DNA from: Anolis carolinensis
Lineage: Eukaryota
NCBI RefSeq assembly: GCF_035594765.1
Contig: NC_085843.1
Span: 242,645,971-242,709,970, forward strand
Reading direction: 5' to 3'
DNA: 64,000 nucleotides
A program made the position numbers and the translations under genes. The notes beneath the pieces were generated by a model that worked only from the letters and a program-made list of their open reading frames with translations, was not told the DNA's origin and did not search any database. This document shows, one piece after another, positions 12,434 through 24,498 of this stretch (position 1 is its first letter; each line of letters begins with the position of its first letter).

Positions 12434-13100
12434 CCTCAGAAGTTGTGAGGTCCATTGGAAACTAAGCAAGGGAGGTTTATATATCTGTGGAAGGTCCAAG
12501 TTGGGAGAAAGAACGCTTGCCTGTTGAAGGCCAGTGTGAATGTTGCAATTAATCACCTTGCTTAGCATTGAAAAGCCTTGCAGCTTCAAGGCCTGGCTGA
12601 TTCCTGACCCTGGGAATCATTAGTCGGAAGCCATAGAAATCCACAAGCATGTGGACAATTTCAACAGAAAGGAGGAAACCATGAAAATGAATAAAATCTG
12701 GCTACCAATATTTAAAACCGCTAAAATCAGGACAATAAATAAAACAGGGGAATTCCAACGTGAATCAATCAGGCCCAGCTAACATATCACAACAAAGGAT
12801 TCCCCCAGGCAGTAAGCAGCCAGACCTTGAAGCTGAAAAGCTATTCAATGCTAATCAAGGTGGCCAGTTGCAACATACACACCTGCCTCCAACAGACAAG
12901 TGTGCTTTCCCCCACCCTGGACCTTCCACAGATGTATAAACCCCACTCGCCTAGTTTACAACAGACCTCACAACCTCTGAGGATGCCTGCCATAGATGTG
13001 GGCAAAAAGTCATGAGAGAATGCTTCTGGAACATGGCCATACAGCCTGGAAAACTCACAGCAATCCAGTGATTCCGGCCATGAAAGCCTTTGACAACACT
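12434..13100 (+). mobile_element. Penelope element with an inverted 5' pLTR piece and GIY-YIG C-terminus
   Basis: 12434-12620 is an inverted pLTR copy. From 12620 it encodes EAIEIHKHVDNFNRKEETMKMNKIWLP, followed by a pLTR. Confidence 0.8.
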
Positions 13101-15914
13101 TTTAGGAATTGTCGAAGTTGAAGTCCAAAACACCTGGAGAGCCCAAGTTTGCCCATGCGTGCTGTAGACGGACCCCTGCCTTCTTTTGCCCATGCCTTTC
13201 CTAAACATCTCTAAAATCCTGATTCTCCCCCGAGTTGTAGTTTTGCAGTCTTTTAACTTTCCATGTCAAAGAGTGCTGGGGCCTCACCAAACTGTAACTC
13301 CTATTATTTCCCACAGCACTGAGCTGTGGTGGTTTAAAGTGGTATCAAACTGCATTTATTCAACAGTGTGGATCACATGTGTCAAACTCAAGGCCCACAG
13401 ACTGAATTAGGCACCTCATGTCATTTTATGTGGCCCTCCAGATGCTAGACTACAATTCCTGTATTCCTCATCATTACACATCATGACTAGAACTGATGGA
13501 AATTGTGATACAGTAACATCTGGAAGGCAGCTGCAGTTTATTGTTTAGTCAGGAGAGTGAGGTTTCAATTTAGATAAAAGGCTTGTAGATAAGATGTCTG
13601 TCTTTAAAACGTCCTCAGAGCCACAAATGCTGTTGTGCTGCAATTTCCAAGATCCCCAGTCTGCATGGCAGAAAATCAAAAGTGATGGGAGTTGTTGTTA
13701 AATAACTTCTGGGGGCCCAAATTGGGTAAAAACTAAAGAGCATCGGCCACCATGTAAAAAAATGATTATTGGCTTTCTGTATCCATATTTTCCGGTCATG
13801 GATTCAAACGCTCTTTGAAGGCAACCATAAGGCTGATGCAGCCCTCAATTAAAATGAGTTTGACATCCCTTGTGTAGATGCACCCAATGAAAAGATATAT
13901 ACTGTCATTATGACAGACCCACAGAGTCATTGCCACCTTTCATCCCAAACTAGTTCATTTCATTTCAGTAAGCATGTATGGTCTTTTCCTGTTTTTAACT
14001 TTTTACAAAATGTACAGATGAGTACACATTGATCCATAAATGCTTTTATTTTGAATTTATAACACATTTCTTTGTAATAGGAAGTTGGTTGGACATTGGA
14101 CATCTATGCTCATATGTGTCTCTCCTTTTTTAAAATAGTCGGAGAAAGAAAGTATATACAAAGTTAATTGCATTATCTTTCAGATGACCAATATACACAG
14201 TTATTTCAAAGAATACCTAAGAACATCATAAAAGAGAGCTAAAGAGAGCTTCTAGTAAAGTTTCAGATTAAAAAGGGGAGAAACATCTGAACAGCAGATC
14301 TGCTAAGAACAGCACATACAAACCAGTCTTTTCTTGCCCGGTAGCTAAAGTGCACTGCCTTCCTCACAGGCTTTCTGTCCTCATATTGGCAGGGCTCCAG
14401 GGCAGCTTCTGACGTAAGGGCAGCTTGATTAGAGTCAACAAACACTCAGTAGACGCTTTTTTGTTTTGATTTATGGCCCACAACTCTGTGCCGGACTCCA
14501 TCCACACTGCTTGCCTTTACTGATGAAAGCAGCCAGACAGATTCTGGACTCTTTAGTGCCTAGTCCCACAAAACAAGTGCCCTGAAGTAAAGAAAACATA
14601 GTATGTCATCACAATTTTTAATTTGAAATATTTGCAACCATTCATATTTTCTTAACAGATCATTAAGCCAAGAAAAAAAAACCCCAAAGCAGCATGTAAA
14701 AAGTCAACATCTAATTAATCTCCAGATAAAATGAGCTAAAAACAATTTCTGAAGCCAGCAACACAGTGGTACTAAAAATTGTGAAAAGGCCCAAGAGAAT
14801 CACTAGAAACACTTAACGTTTGCTAGTAAAGAAATCCTGGATTAGTCTTGGCACCTGACATGGATTTTAATAGTTCTAAAATAGTTCTAAAATAGTGTTT
14901 TAGTGTTTATACCTTGTAAATTTTGAATTGTAAATTTTATTGTTTTAGCATTATGTTTTGATTCTCCTCTGGGAGAGGAAAGCAGGAAATAATAATAGGA
15001 CTCCGAAATACCATCACAGTTCCTCTTGCACGCACATTTACATATCTTTTTAGGATCCAGAGTTGTATAAAGAAAAACTAAATGCAGTAGCTAGAGATCA
15101 TTTTTTGCTCCTTCCAATGCTTCTGGCTCCATAAATGTTACACTGGAACCCAGAGGCATTTGAAGGAAATGAAACTATCCATGGATGATGAAGCCATTTC
15201 ACCTAGAATTCTCTGCTTCACATGGATCTACCTTTTGTTTCTCGTTTCCACTATTGCCTGCTTTTGCCTTTTGAAGCCTGGAACACTTCAAATCTGGCAC
15301 CAGCCCTGACCAGAGCCACTAAGGACAGTTTCCATTTGGGGTAATAACAGAAATTGGTTTATTTTCACTCAAAACTGCATTATTGTGTATGTTTAACTGA
15401 ATGTATACTCATATTGACAAATATTTAGTTCTTCAGCAATACTGAGCAAGCCCAGATAGAAAATGGAGGCTTTAAAAACTAGCTATTTCCTCACAGATTA
15501 TGTTTCCCTGACCCATATCATTAGAGTGAGTCCTGCAGACCAAACCCAAAGAAAGTTGACAGTGAATCACCCTCTATGAGTCAGGAAAAAAGTTGTGCAT
15601 ACACACCCTTCTTTAGTGGCAGAGCCTGCTGACTACACAATGTGTAAACGTGTAAATCAGAATTCACAGTGGTGGAGTGACTGTTTGCTTAAATGAAGCC
15701 CAGGTCCAGAGACAGAATAGCCTCTTTGAGGGGTACAGGAATTTCCCGCAGGACAAGCTCTATCTTGTAGACTGAGCTATGAATTAAAAACAAAGCAAAT
15801 TGCATACTTCATTGCTCATCCGGCATTTATAGCCCCAGGGGCTCCATAGTGCTTCCAGTGAGTTGTTGCTTGTTGAAGGTGGGGTAGAGTGATAAGTAAT
15901 TTTTTTCAGTTATA

Positions 15915-16230
15915 CAGTAGAGTCTCAGTTATCCAACACTCACTTATCCAACGTTCTGGATTATCCAACACATTTTTGTAGTCAATGTTTTCAATATATC
16001 ATATTTTGGTGCTAAATTCATAAATACAGTAATTACTATATAGCATTACTGCATATTGAACTACTTTTTCTGCCAAATTCGTTATCTAACATGATGTTTT
16101 GATGCTTAATTTGTAAAATCATAACCTAATTTGATGATTAATAGGCTTTTAATCCCTCCTTATTATCCAACATATTCGCTTATCCAACGTTCTGCTGGCC
16201 CGTTTATGTTGGATAAGTGAGACTCTACTG
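15915..16230. mobile_element. Tc1/mariner (Tigger-like) MITE
   Basis: TIR CAGTAGAGTCTCA(G/C)TTATCCAAC, TA TSD. Sister copy at 20317-20643. Confidence 0.85.
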
Positions 16231-18551
16231 TACTTACTTGTAACTGAAAGGTCTGTCAAATCATCTATGTACTAAAACTTCTTTTTTCAGTTAATTTTAT
16301 GGAACACTTGAAGAACTAAAAAAGTTAGTTGTTCCTATCTCAGCCCCTTTACACCACCATCTTCCAAACAGACTTTTAATGCTTTCCAGTAAATACAATG
16401 ACTTCTTACCATATCATAATGTTAGTATGGATGAAAACAGATTGGACAAGGAGAAGCCTCAAAAAAGGTGACCATCAACTCTGTGCCTATCTTCTAGTTT
16501 CTAAAGAAAGAGAACCTGACAGCTGGAATTTGTCTACTGACCTGTCATGCTGTATAGGATCTGACCTCTCGCTTCACCTCACATTCCACCGAACAGCTGC
16601 TTTCCTTTTTTTAAAAAAATAATCATTATCTCCTAGAGACAATGCCACTAATGATCGCTTCAGCATTTTTCACATGACTGGTATATTACCATTTCTATGG
16701 CCTTTATTTTGTTTAGTAATCTGAAAAAAAAATCAGATTTAAAAGATGCCATTAAGGAACAGTATATCACTGCACTGGACATGCCCTCAAGCTTTAGGAG
16801 ACTCGCAGGGGGAAAATTAATCACTCAAGATATTGCTGGGCATCCTTTGCCATTGCTTATACCAGATAGGGCTAATAGGAGTTACAGAACAAAAACATTT
16901 TGAGAGCACAGTTGTCCAAGTCTTTTATCACATGTGGTCGAGAAAATCCATTTATTTTTAATGTTTTGACAAGTTACAATTGTTCTTTTATAAACATCAT
17001 TATTTTGTATAGTCAACACATTTATTATGCTTATCTCCATCTTTATTCCAAAGAAGTCATAGCAGTGCACATGTTTCCCTGCCATTTACATTTTGTTCTC
17101 ACAACTGCCTTGAGTCCCCACGGAGAGAAAGGTATGGTATAAATAAAAATAATAAAATAAACAACCCTGTGAAGTCACAGAAGCGGTCACTGGCCAAAAA
17201 CCATCCAGTGACCTCCACAACTGAGTGACTGTTTGAACCTAAACTTCTAGAAGAAATTTATTTTATATGAGGAGCAGCAGCTGAATGTGTTAATGTAAAA
17301 ATAATTAAAGTTTATTTCAAAATTGATAGGTATATAATGTCTTTAATATGATTTTACTGGAAAAGAAAAATGTAAACATGACAACATAATTACAAGAACA
17401 GATCAGCTTCTAATACAGAGATAAGTAGATGTAAAATAAAACTCTTTCAGATCAACATTAATCCAAAAGCAATTAAGATGAGCAAGAGAGGCTCCTTGCT
17501 GACCTTTCATTATGTACTACACATTATTCTAACAAAATTCTGCATTTGGAAAAATTCAATATCTTTCCATTTCGCCCTTTTTGCTAAGCCTGAGGTGGTA
17601 GCTGAAATATTTTCAAAAGCTCTCATCGCTTCATATTTTTTACAGGGAGAACAAATGACCAGTATATTAAATTAATACATCAGTGAAAGATGCCATAAAA
17701 CAAGCTTTGGTAGAGACCCAAAAATAATGCTGGATAATTCAAAAGACAGGTTACAACAAAATACACAAGCAATAATACCAGCACAAGTAAGAAAAGATAA
17801 GTATAGGTAAGAAAGACTATTTCAGGCCAGATTTATTGGATATTTTTATTTCTATAAACATACTGGAGTTGGCCCAATTTTTTATTTTTATAAAAAATAG
17901 GGGGAACGTAGTTTTTCATTTCTGATACTATATAAAAATGATCAGATATTCAATACAAAATCTTGGATCTTTTCTTTCAAAACTTATTTACATAATTGCA
18001 GCTGTTTAATGCCCCCTGGTGATATGTAAAGCCTGCTAGGAATAGAAAAACTGAGAAAGCTTGGAAGTGCTCATTTTTTCCATTAATGAAGCAATTTCCT
18101 TTCTGCATTTCCTTGTATTTTCATGGCTAATGATTTACATCCAGTGTTTTGTCAGTGCTTAGAATAATTCCACCTGCTGCATTATCCCCTGTGACCATCA
18201 CATTCATACAGTTTACTGTTTCCAAACTAAAATTGAATACAGTGCTACTGCCACTTAGAATTCAGTTTCAATGGTGTAGTTGATTTCCCCTATTGAATTG
18301 ACATATTCAACAATTTTACATTAAACTGACATTCAAAAGCCTATTGGGAAGGATTGCAAAAATGCTCGAGGAAAAATACATCAGATGATATACAGTAAAG
18401 CACATGTGACACCAAAATGTACTTGACCTGCAACCAATCTGTGACGCTAGTCCAATTATAAACCCATACTTTTCTCATCCTTTGTCTTTCAGTTGTATTT
18501 AGACAACCCTTTTTTTCCTATGATGAGTCAGCAATAAAATCTTGTTTGGTT

Positions 18552-18707
18552 TCACAGTGAGCCTTGAACAAAGAAGAAATGTCCATGTTTGCATAAAGAT
18601 GAAAGGATAAGACTGGAACATAATATTGTAGTGATAAGAGTCCCGGTGCATACCAGTGGAAGGTGATGATTGAATCCAACTGGTATCTGCAGTTTCAACT
18701 TCTTAAC
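18552..18707 (-). CDS. PIGX: PIGX last coding exon (TM helix, stop)
   Basis: AG|GTT acceptor. VKKLKLQIPVGFNHHLPLVCTGTLITTILCSSLILSSLCKHGHFFFVQGSL* matches the PIGX C-terminus (LQVPVG..LVCSVTLLITILCS..KYGHF). Confidence 0.92.
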   Translation of the reverse strand, partial: VKKLKLQIPVGFNHHLPLVCTGTLITTILCSSLILSSLCKHGHFFFVQGSL

Positions 18708-19068
18708 CTACAATAAAAGAGTTAAAGTTAAAACCTAAATAAAATTCCTTTGTTCAAAACTTATTTGTCAGAAAAATGGCAAATCAGTATATTAAATATA
18801 TGTTGGACATTATACATTTTGGCTTAACAGATTTTTTTAGCATATACCATTTTATAAGACCCTTTATTTCAATCTTCTTTACAATATAATTCTGTATGTG
18901 TCTACTAATTGCCTTTTTATCCGGGGAAGAGTCCTACCATGTTTGTAAAATAATGTTCTTGATTCAATTGGTACTGGTACTGCTACTAGAACAGAATAGA
19001 CATCTCAGAGTCTTTAGAGACATATTAATTTTAAGAATAAGTAAGAAAAGAAAGAAACGTGAACATAC

Positions 19069-19169
19069 AGTTTTGAGCTTCAAACTATCCCAGTAGCACA
19101 TATTAATACTCTTCTGGGTACAGGGGACTTCTATTTCAGTTTCTTTCAAGCAATCCACTGAGAGAAAAG
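19069..19169 (-). CDS. PIGX: PIGX coding exon 5
   Basis: AG/GT flanks, 101 nt, phase consistent. (S)FLSVDCLKETEIEVPCTQKSINMCYWDSLKLKT. Confidence 0.9.
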
Positions 19170-19202
19170 CTACAAAGAGAAAAAATACATTATGAAATAA
19201 AA

Positions 19203-20289
19203 TGTCATAGACAGAACGCCACCAAATAGAGTAAAACTCAGTTTATTGAGGTTACAAAACTGAAAATGCCCGTAGGAAACAAAGGATTAGGCAAACACTT
19301 GACTTCAGTGTGAAAAGTAACAAAAACAGCTCCGTTTGAACTAAAACGGTTCAAAAAGGATAAACCGGATTTAAACAGGAGTTTAATCCGGATTAAATCA
19401 AAAGTGCTTACTTCAGCCTGCAAATTTAGCAAACAAAAGAGGATTAACAGAGGTCAGAATGAACACAATAAACTGGCAGCAGATTCCTCTCTGCTACTCA
19501 AAAGCTACAGATGAGTAAATCAGGCTGTTTACTCCTCCGTGCAATGAGCGAAATCCGGGTCCAGGCACATCAATCAGGGTAACGGCAGTCAGCAGGGTCT
19601 CAATCCTGGTTGAAAGCCAAGTGCAGACGTCTAGAATTCCACAAGTCCCACCGATAGCCACAGAAGGGATAATCCGGGGTCGAAGTCAGTCAGTCCAGCG
19701 TCAATCCAGAGTAGGTAATTAATGTCCGTCAAAAAGACGACGGAGGTCCAAGGTATCCAGCAACGAATCACACCCGTCTTCAGGAAGTTCCCCAACAAGA
19801 GCCCAAGCGTTCGTCCAGATTACCTTGCCCAACGCAATTAGACATTGATCCTAAACCCCATTTTATCCCAGTTCAAACTCATTATCGCTGTCAGCTGCCA
19901 TCCTAATCCCAGGTGCCTCATCATCATCATCCTCATCAGAGCTAAAACACCTTTGACTACGCCCCACAGCATCCCCAGCTGTGGATCCCGCTCCATCCCT
20001 CCAGCCCGTCCATGGGTCTGATCCTGCAACCCGCCAATCGCCCCCCAAGCTTTCATTGCCGGTGACACCCAAATCCTCCCTCACACGAGTCCACTCCATG
20101 TCATCCTCCTCCGAGCTGACCATTTCTTCCTCCATTCCCTCGGTAAAACCCTCAAAAGAATCCTCATCTGTTGGTTCTGCAAATAAGTCCCGGAGCCGTT
20201 TCCTTTCACACTCCTCAAAAGAGTCTGACTCTCGAGGAGTCTTACGACCCCGTCTCCTAGTACCGGAGCCAGAAGGCTCAACCATAACA
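19203..20289 (-). mobile_element. Solo LTR (Gypsy/BEL-type by 5-bp TSD) in a PIGX intron, containing a 140-aa ORF
   Basis: Minus-strand ends TGTTATGG...CTATGACA. 5-bp TSD TAAAA at 19198-19202 and 20290-20294. AATAAA at 19247-19242, TATA-like GATAAAA at ~19867-19861. Confidence 0.8.
19863..20285 (-). CDS. Putative LTR(U3)-encoded acidic protein with an NLS-like patch and FxGF motif
   Basis: Intact 140-aa ORF whose ATG is nt 5 of the LTR. Contains RRRGRKTPR, RLRDLFAEPTDEDSFEGF and acidic Ser tracts. Expression is not shown. Confidence 0.45.
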   Translation of the reverse strand: MVEPSGSGTRRRGRKTPRESDSFEECERKRLRDLFAEPTDEDSFEGFTEGMEEEMVSSEEDDMEWTRVREDLGVTGNESLGGDWRVAGSDPWTGWRDGAGSTAGDAVGRSQRCFSSDEDDDDEAPGIRMAADSDNEFELG

Positions 20290-20316
20290 TAAAATGCATA
20301 TTAAGGAAAGATATTA

Positions 20317-20643
20317 CAGTAGAGTCTCACTTATCCAACATAAATGGGCCGGCAGAACATTGGATAAGCTAAAATGTTGGATAATAAGGAGGGATTAAGG
20401 AAAAGCATATTAAACATCAAATTATGTTATGATTTTACAAATTAAGCACAAAAACATCATGCTTTACAACAAATTGATAGAAAAAGCAGTTCAGTACACG
20501 ATAATGTTATGTAGTAATTACTGTATTTATGAATTTAGTACCAAATTTTCGCAATTATTGAAGAATTGACTACAAAAACATTGACTACTAAAAGGCAAAC
20601 TGCGTTGGATAATACAGAACCTTGGATAAGCAAGACTCTACTG
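20317..20643. mobile_element. Tc1/mariner (Tigger-like) MITE
   Basis: Same family as 15915-16230 in the opposite orientation, TA TSD. Confidence 0.85.
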
Positions 20644-20819
20644 TATTCGTATTTTGTTAATACTTTCCACAGCTCTAAATACATGTTTGCAATTTCCTTG
20701 TTTCCTCTATTTAAAGTTTTATGATACAATGACACCCTTCCCACACTCATATACGCCTTTTATTCCTTTTCCAACTGCTCTCATGTCGTTTCCCAAAATA
20801 GAAAGTTAATGTCTCTCAC

Positions 20820-21033
20820 ATTTCTGGCAATTGATCAATATTTCTGGACTCTTCAGTACAATAAAGATTCTTCCATCATCCTTTGTTGGCCGGTGATATC
20901 GACAATGCAATGGTAATAATGCTTTAAAGCAGGATTGGCATTCAGGATCAGGTTTCATGTAAACAAGAACAGAAATATCTGTAGCCAAGTATTCAGGAAC
21001 TTCCAAATCTATATTATCTGAAATTACTAAAGC
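20820..21033 (-). CDS. PIGX: PIGX coding exon 4
   Basis: CAG|GCT acceptor and T|GTGAGA donor, 214 nt. ALVISDNIDLEVPEYLA...LPLHCRYHRP..SPEILINCQK contains the PIG-X HxRYHxP motif. Confidence 0.93.
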
Positions 21034-21089
21034 CTGCAGAAAAAGAACAGATAAATAGTTGCTAGGACAGTATTATTTCAGAATCATCG

Positions 21090-21350
21090 AGGCCTCTTCT
21101 ACACTGCCAAATAAAATTCATACTATACCTCACAGCCCCTGAGGATGCCTGCCATAGATGTGTGCAAAACATCAGGAGAAAATGCTTCTGGAACATGGCA
21201 ATACAGCCCAGAAAACACACAACAACCCTAAAATTCATATTATCTGCTTTGAACTGGATTATGTGGCAGTGTAGACTCATATAATCCAATTCAAATAATT
21301 GGATTGTCTACTTTGATAATCTGGATTATATGGAAGTGTAGAGGGGGGCC
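21090..21350. mobile_element. Harbinger-like MITE interrupted by a Penelope pLTR piece (~21126-21228)
   Basis: Termini GGCCTCTTCTACACTGCC...GTGTAGAGGGGGCC with a Penelope 3' segment inside. Confidence 0.6.
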
Positions 21351-21584
21351 CAGAGATCTACCAGGACATCCAGATTTATCTTTTTCCCATCTGTAATGCA
21401 CTGTAAGGATTGCTCTTTCACAGACAGGATGATTAGCTATATAAATATTATTTGCTTAGCAAAGAAAAACAGTGCCTATATGCTATCAGAAATCAAATTT
21501 TGCGAATATACCTCACGGATAAGTGTTTTATATTCTGTCATTGATTAATATTTCATGAGTACACAAATCAGCTCAAAGTCATAC

Positions 21585-21726
21585 CTCAGTGAGATTGTAC
21601 TTTTGCAAAGATATCAGTTCATAGGGATCCACATATAATCCTTTGGGAAGATGTACTTTAGTTGCAACTGTGCAGCTTCTTATTCCTTCATCAAATATAC
21701 CAAGGTTTACCTTAATCAAGACATCT
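21585..21726 (-). CDS. PIGX: PIGX coding exon 3
   Basis: 142 nt, AG/GT flanks. (R)DVLIKVNLG...HLPKGLYVDPYELISLQKYNLTE carries the PIG-X/PBN1 GLYVDPYEL signature. Confidence 0.95.
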
Positions 21727-22148
21727 CTAAAGTTTAAAATAAGGAAACAGACAAAATGCACTTTCAACACATTTCTTCCAAATGATACAAAATAATATCA
21801 AAGAATATTGTGGTACCACTTAGTCTGTCATATTATTGCCTTGCCTCCAATTTTTGAACACACCCATTGCACCTGATATTGTTGTTGAGTTTATGTTTCT
21901 ATGATATCTTATATGTTTTTATGTACTAATTCATTGTAATTGAAATATATTTTAAGCTGATGTATTTTATTGTTGCATTAATCCCTTCGGAGAGATGGGG
22001 CGGGATATAAAAATAAAGTTTTAATTATTATGTATTATACTAGCTCACTTCTTAATAACCACATGAAACATATTGCCACTGGGAGACAGATGTTTTAAGG
22101 ATATATATGCCTTAAAAATAGACAAGTAGCAGATTGGGACAGACCTAC

Positions 22149-22206
22149 CTATGAAAGCCATCTTTCAAAAGTTGTTGCATAACCTCTGGACATTTGTTCT
22201 GTGCAT
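22149..22206 (-). CDS. PIGX: PIGX coding exon 2
   Basis: 58 nt, AG/GT flanks. (H)AQNKCPEVMQQLLKDGFH(R) matches the PIGX LKDGFHR motif. Confidence 0.9.
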
Positions 22207-22854
22207 CTATTAAAAATAGAAGTTACATGAGAAATATTTTATAGTTTTAGCAATACTAACATATTTGCCAGCAGTACAAAGAAGCCACATCAACACATTT
22301 AAAATTTGAATAGTCTGTCTTTAAAATGGGACTAGAATGCCTTTGAAAGGAGAGATGGAAATGGGTTAACAGATCATATAAAGGAGGAGTGGCCAAAGTG
22401 TACTTGTGGAGAACAACCCCACCCATGTCTGTCATTTTAAAACTGAAAAGGTCCTTAACAAAGTGGACAATTTTATTGTTGGGGGGTATTTTGTGTTTTC
22501 ATCCAAAAGTAGTGATTTCGAGTTACTTTCAAAAAGAACCTGTGCTTAAATATTGTCAGCACCCACCAAATAAAAATGGAAACATTGTTCTGGCATAACC
22601 TCTAGAGGGCACATTTCAACAAATATTAATTTTAATAAAATGGGACAATAGTTGGAAGAGCAATAATCTGAGGGCCAGAAGGAACCATGCTTGTTCCCAG
22701 ATCTTAGAAATTTGCAATCCCAATATAATGAGAACTATCTGGTAAAGCCACAGTCAGGTATGGCAAGTGTTCAGCTCTCTGGATGTGGCTGAACTAAACT
22801 TCCCAGTATTATTTACCATTGGCAAATGATGGCCAAGGTTTCTCAGAATTGTAA

Positions 22855-23002
22855 GCCCTTCCGCACTGCCATATAACTCAGAGTATCAAGCAGAAAATCC
22901 CACAATATCTACTTTGAACTGGATTATTTGAGTCCATACTACCATATATTCCAGCGCAAAGCAGAAAATGTAAGATTTTATTCAGCTGTGTGGAAGGGGC
23001 CT
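22855..23002. mobile_element. Harbinger-like MITE (GGCCCCTTCCACAC family)
   Basis: Termini GCCCCTTCCGCAC.../...GTGTGGAAGGGGCC. Copies at 27898-28048 and nested at 23959-24422. Confidence 0.65.
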
Positions 23003-23410
23003 CAAATTCAACATCTGGAAGGCCACACAATGCCCATACCCTGCTTTAGGAGTCAACCCCCTTATTGTTATTGCCAATCTAGTGAATTAGTCCCTGAATG
23101 GTAAGTTAACACACCAAGACAAACTGCCTCTGAACAAAATTTGTGAAATGGTTTAACAGCACAGAACTGCATTATGTGAGTCTACACATACCATATAGTT
23201 TCAAACTGCATTATATGGCAGTATAGATGGGACTAGAAAAAAGAAAATACTAGCAGGAGTATAAAAAAGCAATGTTGTTTTACATTCACTAAAGACACAA
23301 AACATGTTGATTGCTGACTGTCCCTGCAAAGGTCTATTTTACTCTTATGAAAAGAATCCAACTATTCACAACTTTCCTGGAGTTTTTCTTATTGACTACT
23401 ACCATATATA

Positions 23411-23798
23411 CTAGTGTTGTCCGAGTATGCATTTTGTTTATGGCTCTTTTTTTTTCTTCCTCCTAAACCATCCCCCTCTTCTTTTTTTTCCATTCTCTTC
23501 CTTCCTTTCTCTTCCCTTCTTTTTCTCCTTCCTGTCATCTAGCAACAGCCAATCCACTTTACTTCTTTTGTTTCCCATTCACATGACAGAGGGCCACTTC
23601 ACCTAGCAACAGCCAATCCACTTTGTTCCTTTTCCTCAGCTCTGAACCCAAAATGGGTGTTTTTTTTTAGTTCAAACTCCTAAATTATTTTAAGTTGAAT
23701 AATTAAGGGTATGTGTGCCAAGTTTGGCCCAGATCCATCAAGCCATGTTGGAGCCTTTGTGGTACAAACAAGCATACTCCAACTTTTTGATGGATAGA
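23411..23798 (-). mobile_element. Non-autonomous Helitron-like element
   Basis: The minus strand begins A|TCTATC and ends CTAG|T. It carries the TGTGTGCCAAGTTTGG..CAGATCC motif shared with the element at 24973-25606. Confidence 0.5.
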
Positions 23799-23958
23799 TG
23801 AAACAGCATGAGATGGTATCTCAACAAAAAAAGTCATGGAAACACAATGACTGAATCCTGAATGTGCTCGAATATAATTAAATGCAATAGCACAAGTATC
23901 TTAATTCAAAATGTAATACATTATCCATTAAGGGCAGTTAAGCAAATTCATTCACCCA

Positions 23959-24422
23959 GGGCCCTTCTACACACAGCCATATAGCCCAGAATATCAAGGC
24001 AAAAATCCCACAATATCTGCTTTGAACTGGGTTATCGGAGACTCCTTCCACATAGCTGAAAAATATCCCACATTATCTGCTTTAAATTGGAATATATGGC
24101 AGTGTGGACTCAGGGCCCTTCCACACAGTCACACAACCCAGAATATCAAGGCAGAAAATTCCACAATATCTGCTTTGAACTGGATTATCTGAGTCCACGC
24201 TGCCATATATTCTAGTGCAAAGCAGATGTGAGATGTTATTCAGCTGTGTGTAAAAGTCCTCAGATAACCCAGTTCAAAGCAGATATTATGGGATTTTCTG
24301 CCTTGATATTCTGGGTTATATGGCTGTGTGGAAAGGCCCTAGGTTATCTGAATCCACACTGCCATATATTCCAGTTCAAAGCAGGTAATGTGGGAATTTA
24401 TTCATCTGTGTGGAAGGGGCCC
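23959..24422. mobile_element. Cluster of nested Harbinger-like MITEs
   Basis: Several GG(C)CCTTCCACACAG starts and CTGTGTGGAAGG ends are interleaved. Confidence 0.7.
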
Positions 24423-24498
24423 CAGTGCAATGGTTAGCATATGGCTTTATGCAGTTTACTCACCAACTAGTTTCAGGGAGAAGTGGAGCTCAACTTAC

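Noticed and set aside
19981-20292. Ser-rich 103-aa plus-strand ORF
   Set aside because: It is the antisense shadow of the acidic LTR ORF and has a GTG start.
22207-22320. Hydrophobic stretch (ILNVLMWLLCTAG) upstream of PIGX exon 22206 as a signal peptide
   Set aside because: An in-frame TAA precedes the acceptor, and it would need a ~60-nt GC-AG intron. Exon 24598-24499 gives a canonical solution.
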